A DNA stretch of 64,000 nucleotides from Candidatus Bathyarchaeota archaeon (GCA_963811105.1 CAWEPZ010000011.1:512001-576000), one strand, 5' to 3'; positions 19,196 to 29,589 are shown, counted from the first letter of the stretch. Notes: a model not told the origin generated them from the letters alone. Numbers and translations are program-made.

Positions 19196-19397
19196 AGAGT
19201 TTTATATCAGTTTGAATAGCTCCGCTACTATATGGTAGCTTACAGCAAAACAAGTTAATAATTTTCACGAACGTTTAATAATTATAAACCTTGATACTTA
19301 AGTTGGGATTCTCACGAAAGAAGATATCAGGCTTACTAAGAAAACCTTTGAAAACAATAGTAAAGATGTTAACGATAAAGCCGAAAGATTTCCCGAC

Positions 19398-20384
19398 TTG
19401 TATGAAGATTTTGATGAAGCGTTCATTGCGACTGATTGGGATTTGACTATTATACACTGGAACAAGGCTGCCGAAAGGATTACAACCGTTAAAGCCAAAG
19501 ATGCTCTAGGAAAGAAGATTTACGATGTCCTACCTGAAATGACTACAGTTGACGTTACACCTTACTTAACTTTGCTTCAACAAAGAAAGCACGCACGTTT
19601 TATGATGAACACAATTAGCAGAGAAACTCAAAAACCATCGATATTTGAGATTTCAATGTATCCTTCTGAACAAGGAATCATAGTAGTCGTTGAAGACAAG
19701 ACTGAGGAAGAAAAAACAAAGAGGCTATCCGCTATTGGTGCAACTGCTGGCATGGTTGGTCATGACATCCGCAATCCACTACAAGCAATTATTGGAGATA
19801 TTTTCTTGCTTAAGCAAAATCTCTTATCAATTCCAGAATCAGAAACAAGAAAAGAAGTTGCTGAGAGTTTAGACAACATAGAGACAAATGTTAATTATAT
19901 TAACAAGATTGTGGCTGACTTGCAAGACTATTCTCGTTCAATAAATCCAGAGTATTCAGAATTTAACTTAAAGGATCCGATTAATAGCATTTTACAATCG
20001 GTTAATCGCCAAAATAATCTAGATATTTCATTGAATATCGAGCCCTCGTTTAATATCACTTCAGACCGCTCAATAATTAGGCGCATCTTGACCAATCTAA
20101 TTGTTAATGCGATTCAAGCCATGCCAAATGGAGGCAAACTGATACTAAACAGCAACAGAAAGGACAATAATATACTGATTACGGTAGAAGATACTGGCAT
20201 TGGGATTCCTGAGGATATTAAGCCTAAGCTGTTCTCACCTATGGTAACAACCAAGGCGAAAGGTCAAGGACTAGGTTTAGCGGTTGTTAAGCGCCTTGTT
20301 GAAGCATTGAATGGAACTATTACTTTTGAAAGCCAAGAAGGAAAGGGAACAAAATTCATTATTGCGTTGCCGACTAGTAATTAA
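19398..20384 (+). CDS. PAS-domain sensor histidine kinase
   Basis: PAS (WNKAAERIT), HDIRNPL, N/G1/G2 boxes; frame open upstream to 19302 (possible ATT19308 start). Confidence 0.93.
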   Translation: MYEDFDEAFIATDWDLTIIHWNKAAERITTVKAKDALGKKIYDVLPEMTTVDVTPYLTLLQQRKHARFMMNTISRETQKPSIFEISMYPSEQGIIVVVEDKTEEEKTKRLSAIGATAGMVGHDIRNPLQAIIGDIFLLKQNLLSIPESETRKEVAESLDNIETNVNYINKIVADLQDYSRSINPEYSEFNLKDPINSILQSVNRQNNLDISLNIEPSFNITSDRSIIRRILTNLIVNAIQAMPNGGKLILNSNRKDNNILITVEDTGIGIPEDIKPKLFSPMVTTKAKGQGLGLAVVKRLVEALNGTITFESQEGKGTKFIIALPTSN

Positions 20385-20495
20385 CCGCTTTCTCAAGAAA
20401 TAAAAGACCTAAAATATCATAACTAGACAGCGACAATAGAAATATAGTGATTAAGAATGCGTGGAACACACAAGAGTAAAAAATTACAAAGCCTA

Positions 20496-20528
20496 AGGCT
20501 GGGCTCTATCCTATTGAGCTACTCGCCT
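20496..20528 (-). repeat. Intron-less copy of the tRNA-Arg 5' half (att-like)
   Basis: AGGCGAGTAGCTCAATAGGATAGAGCCCAGCCT versus mature GGGCGAGTAGCTCAGTACGGATAGAGCACCAGCCT. Confidence 0.8.
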
Positions 20529-21383
20529 AATCCTTTTTTTAAAATTGTGCTTGGATTTGTCTCTCCTTTGTCAACATTAACTTTTTGACCAATGTGACCC
20601 ACTCTTATCTGAATTGATGGGATGCTCTTCCTTGGGCATTTAATCAAGTTTTTTCTGAATATGACAGAAGGACTGCTGATGATTCTCAAACCCTGACTCA
20701 CCATTCAACCTGCCTTAGTATTGTCTAGCTCTATCATAATTTATTGTTCCACTCTTATTATAGAAAAACTAGATAGAAGATAACTTCATATTTCACATTC
20801 AAACCTTACAAATGTAATCTTCATATTTGCTCCCAAGTTCGAGCTGAGTGGTAGATGAGCTATTTAATGACCATTAAAACAAATCTTGGGAGAGCTGAAG
20901 GAAAGAAAGAATTTTGATTTTTAACCAAGAATAAGAATGATGCGTTAAGAGACAGCTATAATGCTACTATAGCAGTAGGTTGTATATTTTTACTTGCGCC
21001 CTATCATTTTTAATTAGAATATATGGTTCGTTTAACTTTATTTTGAATTCACCCTTATTTTTAGTTACCTTGGTGTAGTTTATGCCGCTTTTGATGTAAA
21101 GAGATTGATAGTTAATAATCAAAAGAGAGAAGCTGGTGTTTTGGTTGTTATTTTGATAATAGTGGTAATGGTTGCGTTACTGTTTACAATGCTAAGCCCG
21201 CTCTTCTGGGTTATTGAATAAGTTTGGTGTTTATAGCTAAAACTCTATACAATACAGCAATAAAACACAAACCTTTTGAAATATGTTCTAAATATGCAAA
21301 TCAGCTTAGATACATCATTTAGAATAGGCCGCTAATAACTAGTTTTGAGTACAAAAAGAAAACAAAAATTTTAAAGCATACTT

Positions 21384-21761
21384 ATGAGGAAATTGGCATT
21401 GATGACAATATTAGATAGCTTATTACAAATTGTCGTGGGATTGCTAGTTTTTATTCTTCCATATCCCATTTTCATAATGGGAATAGCGGTCTTTTTTTTG
21501 CAATCAATTCATAGATTAACCATAGGAATTTTATTAGTTGTCTTTGGAATCATGGGAGTTTGCTTTTGGACATCTCTTCTGGATTCTTATTCCAAAACAT
21601 TTGGCGCATATTCTTCTATTATATTGAGTGATATGAGTTCTTCCAAGTTACCCCTCACAATAGGAGTATTAAGCATAGTTTTAGGGGCCTTTTCCATAAT
21701 TCGTAGAAAGCATTACAGTGGATATTCTATCCCTAAAGCTAAAGATGAGCAATCAAATTGA
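21384..21761 (+). CDS. Hypothetical membrane protein
   Basis: 3 hydrophobic segments. Confidence 0.6.
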   Translation: MRKLALMTILDSLLQIVVGLLVFILPYPIFIMGIAVFFLQSIHRLTIGILLVVFGIMGVCFWTSLLDSYSKTFGAYSSIILSDMSSSKLPLTIGVLSIVLGAFSIIRRKHYSGYSIPKAKDEQSN

Positions 21762-21922
21762 GTCAATATTCAAACTCTTGGCGCTGATATACAGATAAAT
21801 ACAACCGGTCTTATTGCCTATTTTAGAGAAGTATTTTCCGGTAGTTTCATCTTAAGTATGTAATCGTCATGTAAAAAGAAACAAAAATCAAAAGCTGTTT
21901 TATGGCTTAAATTTCTTGTAAA

Positions 21923-22066
21923 TTACATATACAATGATTGATTTATAGTAACTTTGAAGTTATGGTGACATTTTTTACAATTGTAATCTTCAATGATAAA
22001 ACAATGATTTTTCAGAACCCTTGAAGGTCGATCAACTTCTTTGCCACAACTAGGACAATGAGCCAT
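21923..22066 (-). CDS. Small zinc-ribbon protein (47 aa), paralog 1
   Basis: MAHCPSCGKEVDRPSRVLKNHCFIIEDYNCKKCHHNFKVTINQSLYM*; paralog at 62592-62762. Confidence 0.8.
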   Translation of the reverse strand: MAHCPSCGKEVDRPSRVLKNHCFIIEDYNCKKCHHNFKVTINQSLYM

Positions 22067-22202
22067 ACGCATCAATCGTTTTCTTAGATAAATATGAATA
22101 TGAACATTATGAACCTAGAATAAGTAAAAAAATGATCATAACCGCAAACAACCTTAGATTGATATTTTAAGCCCTTCAACAATAAATTAGAAGCGAACAA
22201 AT

Positions 22203-22403
22203 ATGGCCAAAAAAACTAATTTGGCGCCTGAATTACGTCGTCGAAAACGAACAATCGGCATAATTGCAGTAGTTCTACTGTTGATTTTCACCATTTTGGC
22301 ACTCTTACAATACATTTCGCTTATACAGTGGCTTATAGCCGATTTGGTTGTTGGTTTGGTAGCCAACTTATTGTTAAAAAGAATTGGAAGGGTAATCCTC
22401 TAA
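22203..22403 (+). CDS. Small two-TM membrane protein
   Basis: Basic N-terminus plus 2 TM; TTTTAAG TATA-like box upstream. Confidence 0.65.
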   Translation: MAKKTNLAPELRRRKRTIGIIAVVLLLIFTILALLQYISLIQWLIADLVVGLVANLLLKRIGRVIL

Positions 22404-22578
22404 AACATTATGTCAACGTGAGTGCAAAGCTAGAAAATTAGAAAAGAATTGTTGAAATTTATGAAAACATAATGCAGTGAAATATTTATGTGATACTGCT
22501 AAAGAGCATCAGTGAAAGTTAAATATCGCTTTTCACGTCAATCTCTTAAAACATTCGACAAAAAAACTGGAAGATTTC

Positions 22579-23058
22579 TTGATGAAAATGCCTAAAGATC
22601 CTAGCAAATTCAGTTTTGGAGCGACATCATCAACCGTCACAAGCTTAGGAATAATCTTTGGATTATTGACATCAGGCAACCCTAAAGCAAGTGTAATTGG
22701 GTCTTTGCTTGTAATAGCAGTAGCAGACAACATTGCAGATTCACTTGGCATACACATTTACAGAGAGTCAACCCCTACAAGGCAGGAAAACACTCGAATG
22801 TTCACTATTAGTAACTTCATCACCAGGTTCGGCATTACATTCACTTTTGTCGCGTTATTTGCATTTTTGCCATTAGATTACGCTGCAGTATTTTGTACAG
22901 CAATAGGGCTTGGAATACTGGTTTTTTTAAGCTACCTCATTGGGGTTCAACGAAATACCAGCATCTTGAAAGAAGTCGTTATTCATCTTGGAATTGCGAT
23001 TCCTGTAATAGTTATCAGCCATTTTCTGGGTCAACTGATCTTCAGCATTTTTGGATAG
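22579..23058 (+). CDS. VIT1/CCC1-like membrane protein
   Basis: FSFGATSS..T.LGII.G, IAVADNIADSLGIHIYRES pattern. Confidence 0.7.
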   Translation: MMKMPKDPSKFSFGATSSTVTSLGIIFGLLTSGNPKASVIGSLLVIAVADNIADSLGIHIYRESTPTRQENTRMFTISNFITRFGITFTFVALFAFLPLDYAAVFCTAIGLGILVFLSYLIGVQRNTSILKEVVIHLGIAIPVIVISHFLGQLIFSIFG

Positions 23059-23310
23059 CTCCGCCTCCCTGTTTCTTTTTATTAATGATTTTGAGGCAGA
23101 AAAGCAAACCGCCTCGCTCATTAGCTGGTAAAATCTTATAACTAATTATTATCTTAGAACTCTCTAAGATCCCACTTTCAGCACGTCGAAAAACACTGCT
23201 TTCATCCCCAGCTCAGCCTGCAAGCGTAACCTATGGGAGTTACTAAGAATTATAGCAGAAAATTAATATCTGACGGCTGTGCACACTTAAGGAAATGTTG
23301 GTAAAGTAAA

Positions 23311-23523
23311 ATGAGTTTTGGACCGAAAGTCTTTAGTGGCATTCAAGAAGTGTTGGTTTTGGCGTTGATGCTTGTGTCTGTTTTTGCACTCTTCTATGTT
23401 AACATAGACATAACCTACAAAGTTGGCATTGCAGTAATGGCCTTCGCAGTCATCTTCCTAAGCACGTTAGCAACTCAAATTCTAAGGCAACAAAAAGAAA
23501 CAAAAAAAGTCACAGCAGCTTAA
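23311..23523 (+). CDS. Small two-TM membrane protein
   Basis: 2 TM plus basic tail. Confidence 0.65.
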   Translation: MSFGPKVFSGIQEVLVLALMLVSVFALFYVNIDITYKVGIAVMAFAVIFLSTLATQILRQQKETKKVTAA

Positions 23524-23578
23524 AATTACCTTTTTCACTTTCAGCGTACCCTCCCCTGTTCCACAATGTCGTTTCGAC

Positions 23579-23597
23579 AATGCCTTAAAAAGGCATT
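23579..23597. promoter_or_regulatory. Palindromic operator candidate upstream of the RadA-like gene
   Basis: AATGCCTT-AAA-AAGGCATT enclosing a TTAAAAA TATA-like box. Confidence 0.5.
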
Positions 23598-23639
23598 ACG
23601 ACGTAGTTGCCAACGTTCATGAACAGGAGAGAAAATAGA

Positions 23640-24359
23640 ATGACCCAAAACTTAATCGCCAAACCTACAATGGCTCAACCACTACTTTCTTTAAACATGC
23701 TAGGCGTAGACGAGCTTTTTCCAGGATTTGCACCAGGCGACTTCGCCGTGCTTTATGGATCACCGTCAGTTAACTCGTTAACTTCATTACTCTGTATCCG
23801 AGCACAGTTGCCAGCGCAGCTTGGCGGCTTACGAAGCAACGTTGTCTTTATTGATGGCGGAAACACGTTTAGACTCTACAAAATAGCCCGTTTAGCCCAA
23901 CTTCATCAGCTTAATCCAAAAGAAGTGCTTGAACGCATCTTTATTTCAAGAGCATTTACCGCTTACCAGTTAACTTCACTCATTCTAGATAAGCTGGAAG
24001 AAACCATAAAGAACTACAATGCCAAACTCGTAGTGATTTCAGACATAACAGGATTCTTTTTAGATAAAGACATTCCCAACGAAGAAGCCCAACGAGTATA
24101 CAGCCAAATAATCAGTTACCTCTCCAGCTTTGCTAAAAAACACCAGATAATTCTAATTACAACGTATCTTCCCTACTCTGATAGCCGAAGAAACAGTTTA
24201 CTTCAAGAAATCACCTGCGCCAGAGCAAACATCGTGTTGTCCTTCAGCAAAACCACATACACACGAGAAGTAACCCTAGAAAAGCATCCACATTTCGTTT
24301 TAGGCACAGCTGAACTTCCATCTGAAAACTTAACTTTAACTGATTTTATGGGCGCTTAA
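23640..24359 (+). CDS. Inactive RadA/Rad51-like protein (PolB2-operon type)
   Basis: GVDELFPG, VVFIDGGNTF, ERIFISRAFTAYQL, LVVISD; Walker A degenerate (GSPSVNS); ATG after GGAG. Confidence 0.8.
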   Translation: MTQNLIAKPTMAQPLLSLNMLGVDELFPGFAPGDFAVLYGSPSVNSLTSLLCIRAQLPAQLGGLRSNVVFIDGGNTFRLYKIARLAQLHQLNPKEVLERIFISRAFTAYQLTSLILDKLEETIKNYNAKLVVISDITGFFLDKDIPNEEAQRVYSQIISYLSSFAKKHQIILITTYLPYSDSRRNSLLQEITCARANIVLSFSKTTYTREVTLEKHPHFVLGTAELPSENLTLTDFMGA

Positions 24360-24360
24360 C

Positions 24361-24634
24361 GTTGGTAAAACAGTTGAATCATACCACATGTCAATTGTAG
24401 ATGAAATACGCTGTTGGAGTGGTTTCGTAAAAGTCCTGCGTAAAGAAGACAGGGGAAGCCTTTGACATACTCATCGATGCATGCAGAAGCTAAACGTCAG
24501 CTGGAAGTAACACCACTCAGCCGCTACCTTTTTGAACCGATGATAATGTCAATTCTTGTCTCTCAGCAAATCCACTCGCAAAGGCTACAAAAGGAAATGG
24601 ATGACCTCAAACAAAAACAGCGCAGTGACCTCTA
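24361..24634 (+). pseudogene. PolB2-associated small helical protein (arCOG07300-like), disrupted
   Basis: GKTVESYHM..DEIRCWSGFVKVLRKEDR/EAFDILIDACRS*..FEPMIMSILVSQQ with frameshifts and a stop. Confidence 0.7.
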
Positions 24635-24891
24635 ACTTTTCATGCAATGAGTTTGAGCTTAGAAAAAGAGATCTTAGCCCCAATTTGCTATGAAAATCGT
24701 TGGAATTCCAAAGGGATTTTCATGTCGCTTCTATCGACGTTTACGTCATAAGTTTTATCAGTAAAAATGCATTACGGTGCAACATTAGATACTCCCTTAA
24801 ATAGCAATGATTGAATTCTGGAGTTGATTGGTAACCCTACACCATTTCACTAGGAAAAGCGCGCGAAGACCCTAATTTATAAAGATGCAGC

Positions 24892-25287
24892 TTAGGAGCC
24901 TGATTTTGGCGGCATCATGCCGGCTAACAATTCGGTCAGAGGCGGTGTACTTATCGGTTCATCTTCCACGATCTTCCCGTCAACGAGACGGTAATAGGTG
25001 ATAACTCGGGCAGAGACCTTTTTCCCGCCGGAGAGGGTGAAGTTCATGTTGCCCCGAAAAACGACCGAATCGCCCTCAGCTACTAGATCAGCGATTTCAA
25101 AATCACGTGCCGGCGCAGAGGCCTTCAGACTGGAAATCACAGCCTTAAAACCTTCGCGATTGGTGACGCCCATACTCGGATTCATATAGTCAGGCGCAAG
25201 CAATACGTCGATAATGTCAATATTGCCGCCGCCCAACACCTCTTTGATGAATCTGAGGACGATGGCTTTGTTCTCATCGGTGGTCAT
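24892..25287 (-). CDS. SnoaL-like/ester cyclase family protein
   Basis: ENKAIVLRFIKEV..GNID...LVAEGDSVV...YRLVDGKIVE. Confidence 0.85.
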   Translation of the reverse strand: MTTDENKAIVLRFIKEVLGGGNIDIIDVLLAPDYMNPSMGVTNREGFKAVISSLKASAPARDFEIADLVAEGDSVVFRGNMNFTLSGGKKVSARVITYYRLVDGKIVEDEPISTPPLTELLAGMMPPKSGS

Positions 25288-25394
25288 TTCAAAAATTCTC
25301 CTATACTGTGAGATGGTAGCGCAGCCAATATAACTTTATTGGCCCACATTTCGTTACGAAACAGTGACCCTTACCAGTAAAAAGATGCTAAATG

Positions 25395-25418
25395 TGAGCC
25401 CGGAGCGGATTTACCCCC
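25395..25418 (-). repeat. Degenerate tRNA-Ser(GGA) 3'-end mimic
   Basis: Minus strand GGGGGTAAATCCGCTCCGGGCTCA versus tRNA GGGGGTTCAAATCCCCCTCCCGGCGCCA. Confidence 0.45.
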
Positions 25419-25535
25419 AAAAGGTCTAAGTCCCCTTCCTAAAATTCTAATATTTTACTCTCTTATCTAAACACGTTGTAGAAAAGACACCAAAGAGTCA
25501 ACTAAGCGCTTTGCTAAAGTTTTCGTCGTCTGATC

Positions 25536-27080
25536 CTATTGCTTTTTTTCTTCAAGGGCTTTTTGGTCGAGATAGTATTTTCCGTTGATTTCCACGAAGA
25601 TTTTTGTTTGTTCTTTTCGTCTTTCCATGATTCTTACAAATATTCGTGACAAACCCAGTTCTTTAGCTGTCATTGCAGTTTGGGGGCTAATGGCTCCTTT
25701 CTCTTGAAATTTTTGGATGATTTCCTGGATTTTCTCATCTCTCCAACCTTGTGGCTCTGCTGGTTCTTGTGGGTTGGGTGGAGGAGGAGGGGTTGGAGCA
25801 AGGATTGGCGCAGATTGTATTGGAATTTGGGGATGTTGTTGTTGGGCTACTAGGCCGTTTGTTTTACCTTCATTGTCAGGGGCATTTCCACTGTTGGTTA
25901 TTTTTGGTGCTTCAGAGGGTGATGCAGCAGCCTTATGTTGACGTTTGCGCAAAAAGAGAATTACGAGGATCAGTACTAGAACAACAACTATTATCACTAT
26001 TAGCCAGTCAATCATACTAAAACTGGGTGAGCCTGAGCTTGGGGTAGGCGAAGCAGAGGTAGTTGTGCTTGTTGAAGAAGATGTAGTTGGATTAACGGAA
26101 GGGGAGGTTTCTGAGCTACCTGATATTACTTTTACCGTATTGCCGGCGTTGATGAGGGCAAAAATTTCGCCTCTGCCAAGGTCGTAAACTAAATTATTAA
26201 CATTTATGGAGGCTTCATCAACTATGGCATTGTTGCTCTCAGAAATAATGATAAGATGCTGGACTGGCACGATTATTTCGCCTCTAGGAGGATTATAAGC
26301 TAGGCTTTGGGGATCCCCTCCGTAGACGCCCAGTGAAATTTCTTTTACCACCGAGTTAGTTTGGTCTGATATTACGGAAACCGCTGCGGCATTATAATCA
26401 GCTACGAAAATCTCGCCCTTACCGGAAGCATAAGCTAAACCTTCAACGGCGTTTCCTCCCATATCAATGGTTGCAACCACTGTATTGTCGCTGTCTCTTA
26501 TCACCGAGATACTTGGGGAGCCCGAATTGGATACGAATATTTCGTTTTTGCCAGAATCATATGCTATGCCAGTAGGTGAGTCTCCTACAGTTATTGTTGC
26601 AACCACGGTGTTAGTGCTGTCTGATATTACAGATACAGAGTGGGAATCGGCATTGCACACAAACACTTCACCTTTAGAAGAATCATAAGCTACTCCACGG
26701 GGGTTACTTCCCACAGTCACGGTTGCGACAACACTGTTAGTGCTGTCTGAAATTATTGAAACTGTGTTGTCACCAGAATTAGCGACGAAAATCTCACCCT
26801 TCCCTGAATCATAATCTATTTCTCGAGGATATCGCCCGACGGGTATAGTTGCAACAACAGCATTGGTGATATCCGAAATAACAGAAACATTGCCGTCACC
26901 AAGATTGCATACAAAAATCTCGCCCTTGCCCGAATCATAAGCTACACCGTTAGGAAATTGTCCCACGGTTATCGTGGCAGATACCGCAAGTGTTGATCTA
27001 GCGTTAACCAGATTGACCGCTGACAAAGCAAAAATCATAATGAATAATAAGACTAAACGTTTCGAAACTTTAACTTTCAT
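25536..27080 (-). CDS. YVTN/YncE beta-propeller surface protein with TM and cytoplasmic C-terminal domain
   Basis: About 7 repeats of VGxxPxGVAYDSGKGEIFVxNxGDxxVSVISDxTNxVVATI; signal peptide from MKVKVSK; S/T linker, TM, Pro-rich linker. Confidence 0.88.
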   Translation of the reverse strand: MKVKVSKRLVLLFIMIFALSAVNLVNARSTLAVSATITVGQFPNGVAYDSGKGEIFVCNLGDGNVSVISDITNAVVATIPVGRYPREIDYDSGKGEIFVANSGDNTVSIISDSTNSVVATVTVGSNPRGVAYDSSKGEVFVCNADSHSVSVISDSTNTVVATITVGDSPTGIAYDSGKNEIFVSNSGSPSISVIRDSDNTVVATIDMGGNAVEGLAYASGKGEIFVADYNAAAVSVISDQTNSVVKEISLGVYGGDPQSLAYNPPRGEIIVPVQHLIIISESNNAIVDEASINVNNLVYDLGRGEIFALINAGNTVKVISGSSETSPSVNPTTSSSTSTTTSASPTPSSGSPSFSMIDWLIVIIVVVLVLILVILFLRKRQHKAAASPSEAPKITNSGNAPDNEGKTNGLVAQQQHPQIPIQSAPILAPTPPPPPNPQEPAEPQGWRDEKIQEIIQKFQEKGAISPQTAMTAKELGLSRIFVRIMERRKEQTKIFVEINGKYYLDQKALEEKKQ

Positions 27081-27520
27081 AGACAGCTCCCTTCCCCTTC
27101 GTTCTGAATCGGGAAGTTTCAAAATAGATTTAAAGCTTTCGTTTGCCCGCTTGGGGTACCCGTCAACGAGTTGATTCTGTATGACCATATCTACAAATTG
27201 ACATTTGCCTGCAAACAGAATGTCCATACCCCGATTAGCTCTTTAGTTTGGAAATATCTTCTGAAACATCGTCCTTAATTTTGTATGAATTGTTCCATTT
27301 GGTTTTTCCAGTGCTGTTGAGATTATGCATTTGGAGATGCTATTCATTTTGTCGGCGAATTCGCCAGTGGGATGGAAGAATGCCGAACCGGTTTAGGGTT
27401 CAAAGAAGTGTTGCATATGATTGTCTTGATCCTGTAGTAGTTAAACTGGCATATAAAAATGGGCTTGTGGAGCATTATTCTGGCAAAGTGTTAAGTACGT
27501 TCTCTACAAAATAAGTTGCT

Positions 27521-29236
27521 ATGTCAAGCAAGCGGAAACTTGAGGCTGCGCCTGAAAAGGCTTTTCCAAAAACTGCGTCTGGAATCCGAGGATTAGACGA
27601 GATTACTTTTGGTGGATTACCAAAAGGGCGTCCTACATTGATTGCGGGAGGTCCAGGAAGCGGCAAGACATTGATGTCTATGGAGTTTCTTGTCCGAGGG
27701 GCTATGGATTATGAAGAGCCTGGCGTTTTCATGGCCTTCGAGGAAACTACCGAAGAACTATCCCAAAACGTCGCCTCTTTGGGTTTTGACTTAAATGAAC
27801 TAATTGCAGAAAAAAAAATTTTAGTAGATTACGTTAGAGTTGAACGAAGCGAAATTGAAGAAACAGGTGAATACGACCTCGAAGGTCTATTTGTTCGCCT
27901 TAATTACGCAATCGAAAGCATTGGCGCCAAACGAGTCGTACTCGACACTATTGAATCCTTGTTCGCAGGCTTAGGTAACGAAGCTATTTTACGTGCCGAA
28001 CTTCGCAGATTGTTCCGTTGGCTAAAAGACAAAGGCGTAACAGCGATAATTACTGCCGAGCGTGGTGAAGCCACTCTTACCCGCTATGGATTAGAAGAGT
28101 ATGTTTCCGACTGTGTAATTGTTCTTGATCATAGAGTTCAGAACCAGATTTCTACAAGGCGCTTACGAATTGTAAAGTATCGAGGCTCAGTTCACGGCAC
28201 AAATGAGTATCCTTTCTTGATTGATGAAAAGGGCATTTCAATATTGCCAATCACTTCACTGACACTAAATTACCAAATTTCTACCAAACGTGTTTCAAGC
28301 GGCATCGCTAGATTAGACGGGATGCTTGAGGGAAAAGGCTTCTACCAAGGCAGCACCGTATTGGTTTCAGGCACTGCAGGAACAGGCAAAACCAGCATTG
28401 CATCGAGCTTTGCCTATGCAACCTGTCAAAGAGAGGAGCGATGCCTTTATTTTGCCTTTGAGGAGCCACCAAACCAAATAATGCGAAACATGAAATCAAT
28501 AGGCATAGACCTTCAACCATTTGTCCAAAAAGGATTGCTAAAGTTCCACGCAGTACGCTCTACATTTTATGGTTTAGAAACGCATTTGGTGCAAATGCAA
28601 AAATTGACAGATGAATTCAAACCTGCCTCTGTAATCGTGGATCCAATTACTAATCTTATTAATGCGGGAGATCAAAACGACGTAAAATCTATGCTGACAC
28701 GTCTAATTGACTATTTGAAATCCAAGCAAATTACAACGGTATTCACGAACTTGACTCATCTAGCTGGTCTTGAGTCTACAGAATCTGAGGTTTCGTCAAT
28801 AATGGATACGTGGATCCTGCTAAGAGATATTGAACTAGGTGGAGAACGTAACCGAGGAGTTTATGTCCTGAAATCCCGAGGCATGGCTCACTCTAACCAG
28901 ATACGTGAGTTCCTTATAACGAGCAAAGGCGTCGACATAATAGATGTTTACACAGGATCGGCAGGCGTGCTTACAGGTTCGGCAAGGCTTGCTCAGGAAA
29001 TAAAGGATCAGGCTGCAGAAGATTCACGTAGAGAAGAAATTGAAAAGCTTCAACGTGACCTAGAACGCAAACGCAAGCTAATGGAAGCTCAGGTTACTGC
29101 TCTGGCAGCAGAATATACAGCTCAAGAGGAAGAAGTGAAGCAACTCCTCAACCAAGAAAAACGCCATGAAAATGCGATAGATGAAAATAGGAAAGAAATG
29201 GGCCGCATGCGCAAAGCAGACAAAAAAAAAATTTAG
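27521..29236 (+). CDS. kaiC: Circadian clock protein KaiC (double domain, KaiC2-like, C-terminal coiled coil)
   Basis: GGPGSGKT and GTAGTGKT Walker A motifs, FEE, VKYRGSxH, VLKSRGMAHS; SS at the phosphosite position. Confidence 0.95.
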   Translation: MSSKRKLEAAPEKAFPKTASGIRGLDEITFGGLPKGRPTLIAGGPGSGKTLMSMEFLVRGAMDYEEPGVFMAFEETTEELSQNVASLGFDLNELIAEKKILVDYVRVERSEIEETGEYDLEGLFVRLNYAIESIGAKRVVLDTIESLFAGLGNEAILRAELRRLFRWLKDKGVTAIITAERGEATLTRYGLEEYVSDCVIVLDHRVQNQISTRRLRIVKYRGSVHGTNEYPFLIDEKGISILPITSLTLNYQISTKRVSSGIARLDGMLEGKGFYQGSTVLVSGTAGTGKTSIASSFAYATCQREERCLYFAFEEPPNQIMRNMKSIGIDLQPFVQKGLLKFHAVRSTFYGLETHLVQMQKLTDEFKPASVIVDPITNLINAGDQNDVKSMLTRLIDYLKSKQITTVFTNLTHLAGLESTESEVSSIMDTWILLRDIELGGERNRGVYVLKSRGMAHSNQIREFLITSKGVDIIDVYTGSAGVLTGSARLAQEIKDQAAEDSRREEIEKLQRDLERKRKLMEAQVTALAAEYTAQEEEVKQLLNQEKRHENAIDENRKEMGRMRKADKKKI

Positions 29237-29262
29237 ACTATTGATCGGGAAAATGAAAGTTA

Positions 29263-29589
29263 ATGAGCCAAAAAGATGAATCTCCAAAAGAAACAGGAAA
29301 CAAATCAGACACTTGGGAACTACGGCTTTATGTTGCTGGACAAACCCCGAATTCTATGAAAGCCTTGGCTAATTTAAAGAAACTTTGTGAGGAATATCTC
29401 AAATCCAAATACACAATAGAAGTTATTGACCTTTGCAAAACGCCTCAGCTAGCTGCAGGCGACCAAATATTAGCTATACCTACGCTAGTGCGAAAGCTTC
29501 CCGAACCCATCAAAAAGATAATTGGCGATCTATCAAACACAGAACGTGTACTTGTTGGGCTTGATATACGTTCAAAATCGCAGGCTTAA
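29263..29589 (+). CDS. kaiB: Circadian clock protein KaiB
   Basis: [15 protein letters not shown]...EVIDL...[29 protein letters not shown]. Confidence 0.95.
   Translation: MSQKDESPKETGNKSDTWELRLYVAGQTPNSMKALANLKKLCEEYLKSKYTIEVIDLCKTPQLAAGDQILAIPTLVRKLPEPIKKIIGDLSNTERVLVGLDIRSKSQA

Noticed and set aside
20496-20528. Split (trans-spliced) tRNA 5' half
   Set aside because: No complementary leader/trailer or BHB partner seen; indels break the D-arm/anticodon junction; position fits an att remnant
20850-21220. Possible membrane protein gene
   Set aside because: Multiple stops and no assignable family; too decayed to call
26330-26980. Internal DNA repeats as a diversity-generating or tandem-repeat system
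   Set aside because: Explained by beta-propeller blade repeats; no reverse transcriptase or template/variable pair
27081-27227. N-terminal extension of the YVTN protein in the ORF track
   Set aside because: The signal peptide and a purine-rich SD-like stretch support the ATG at 27080
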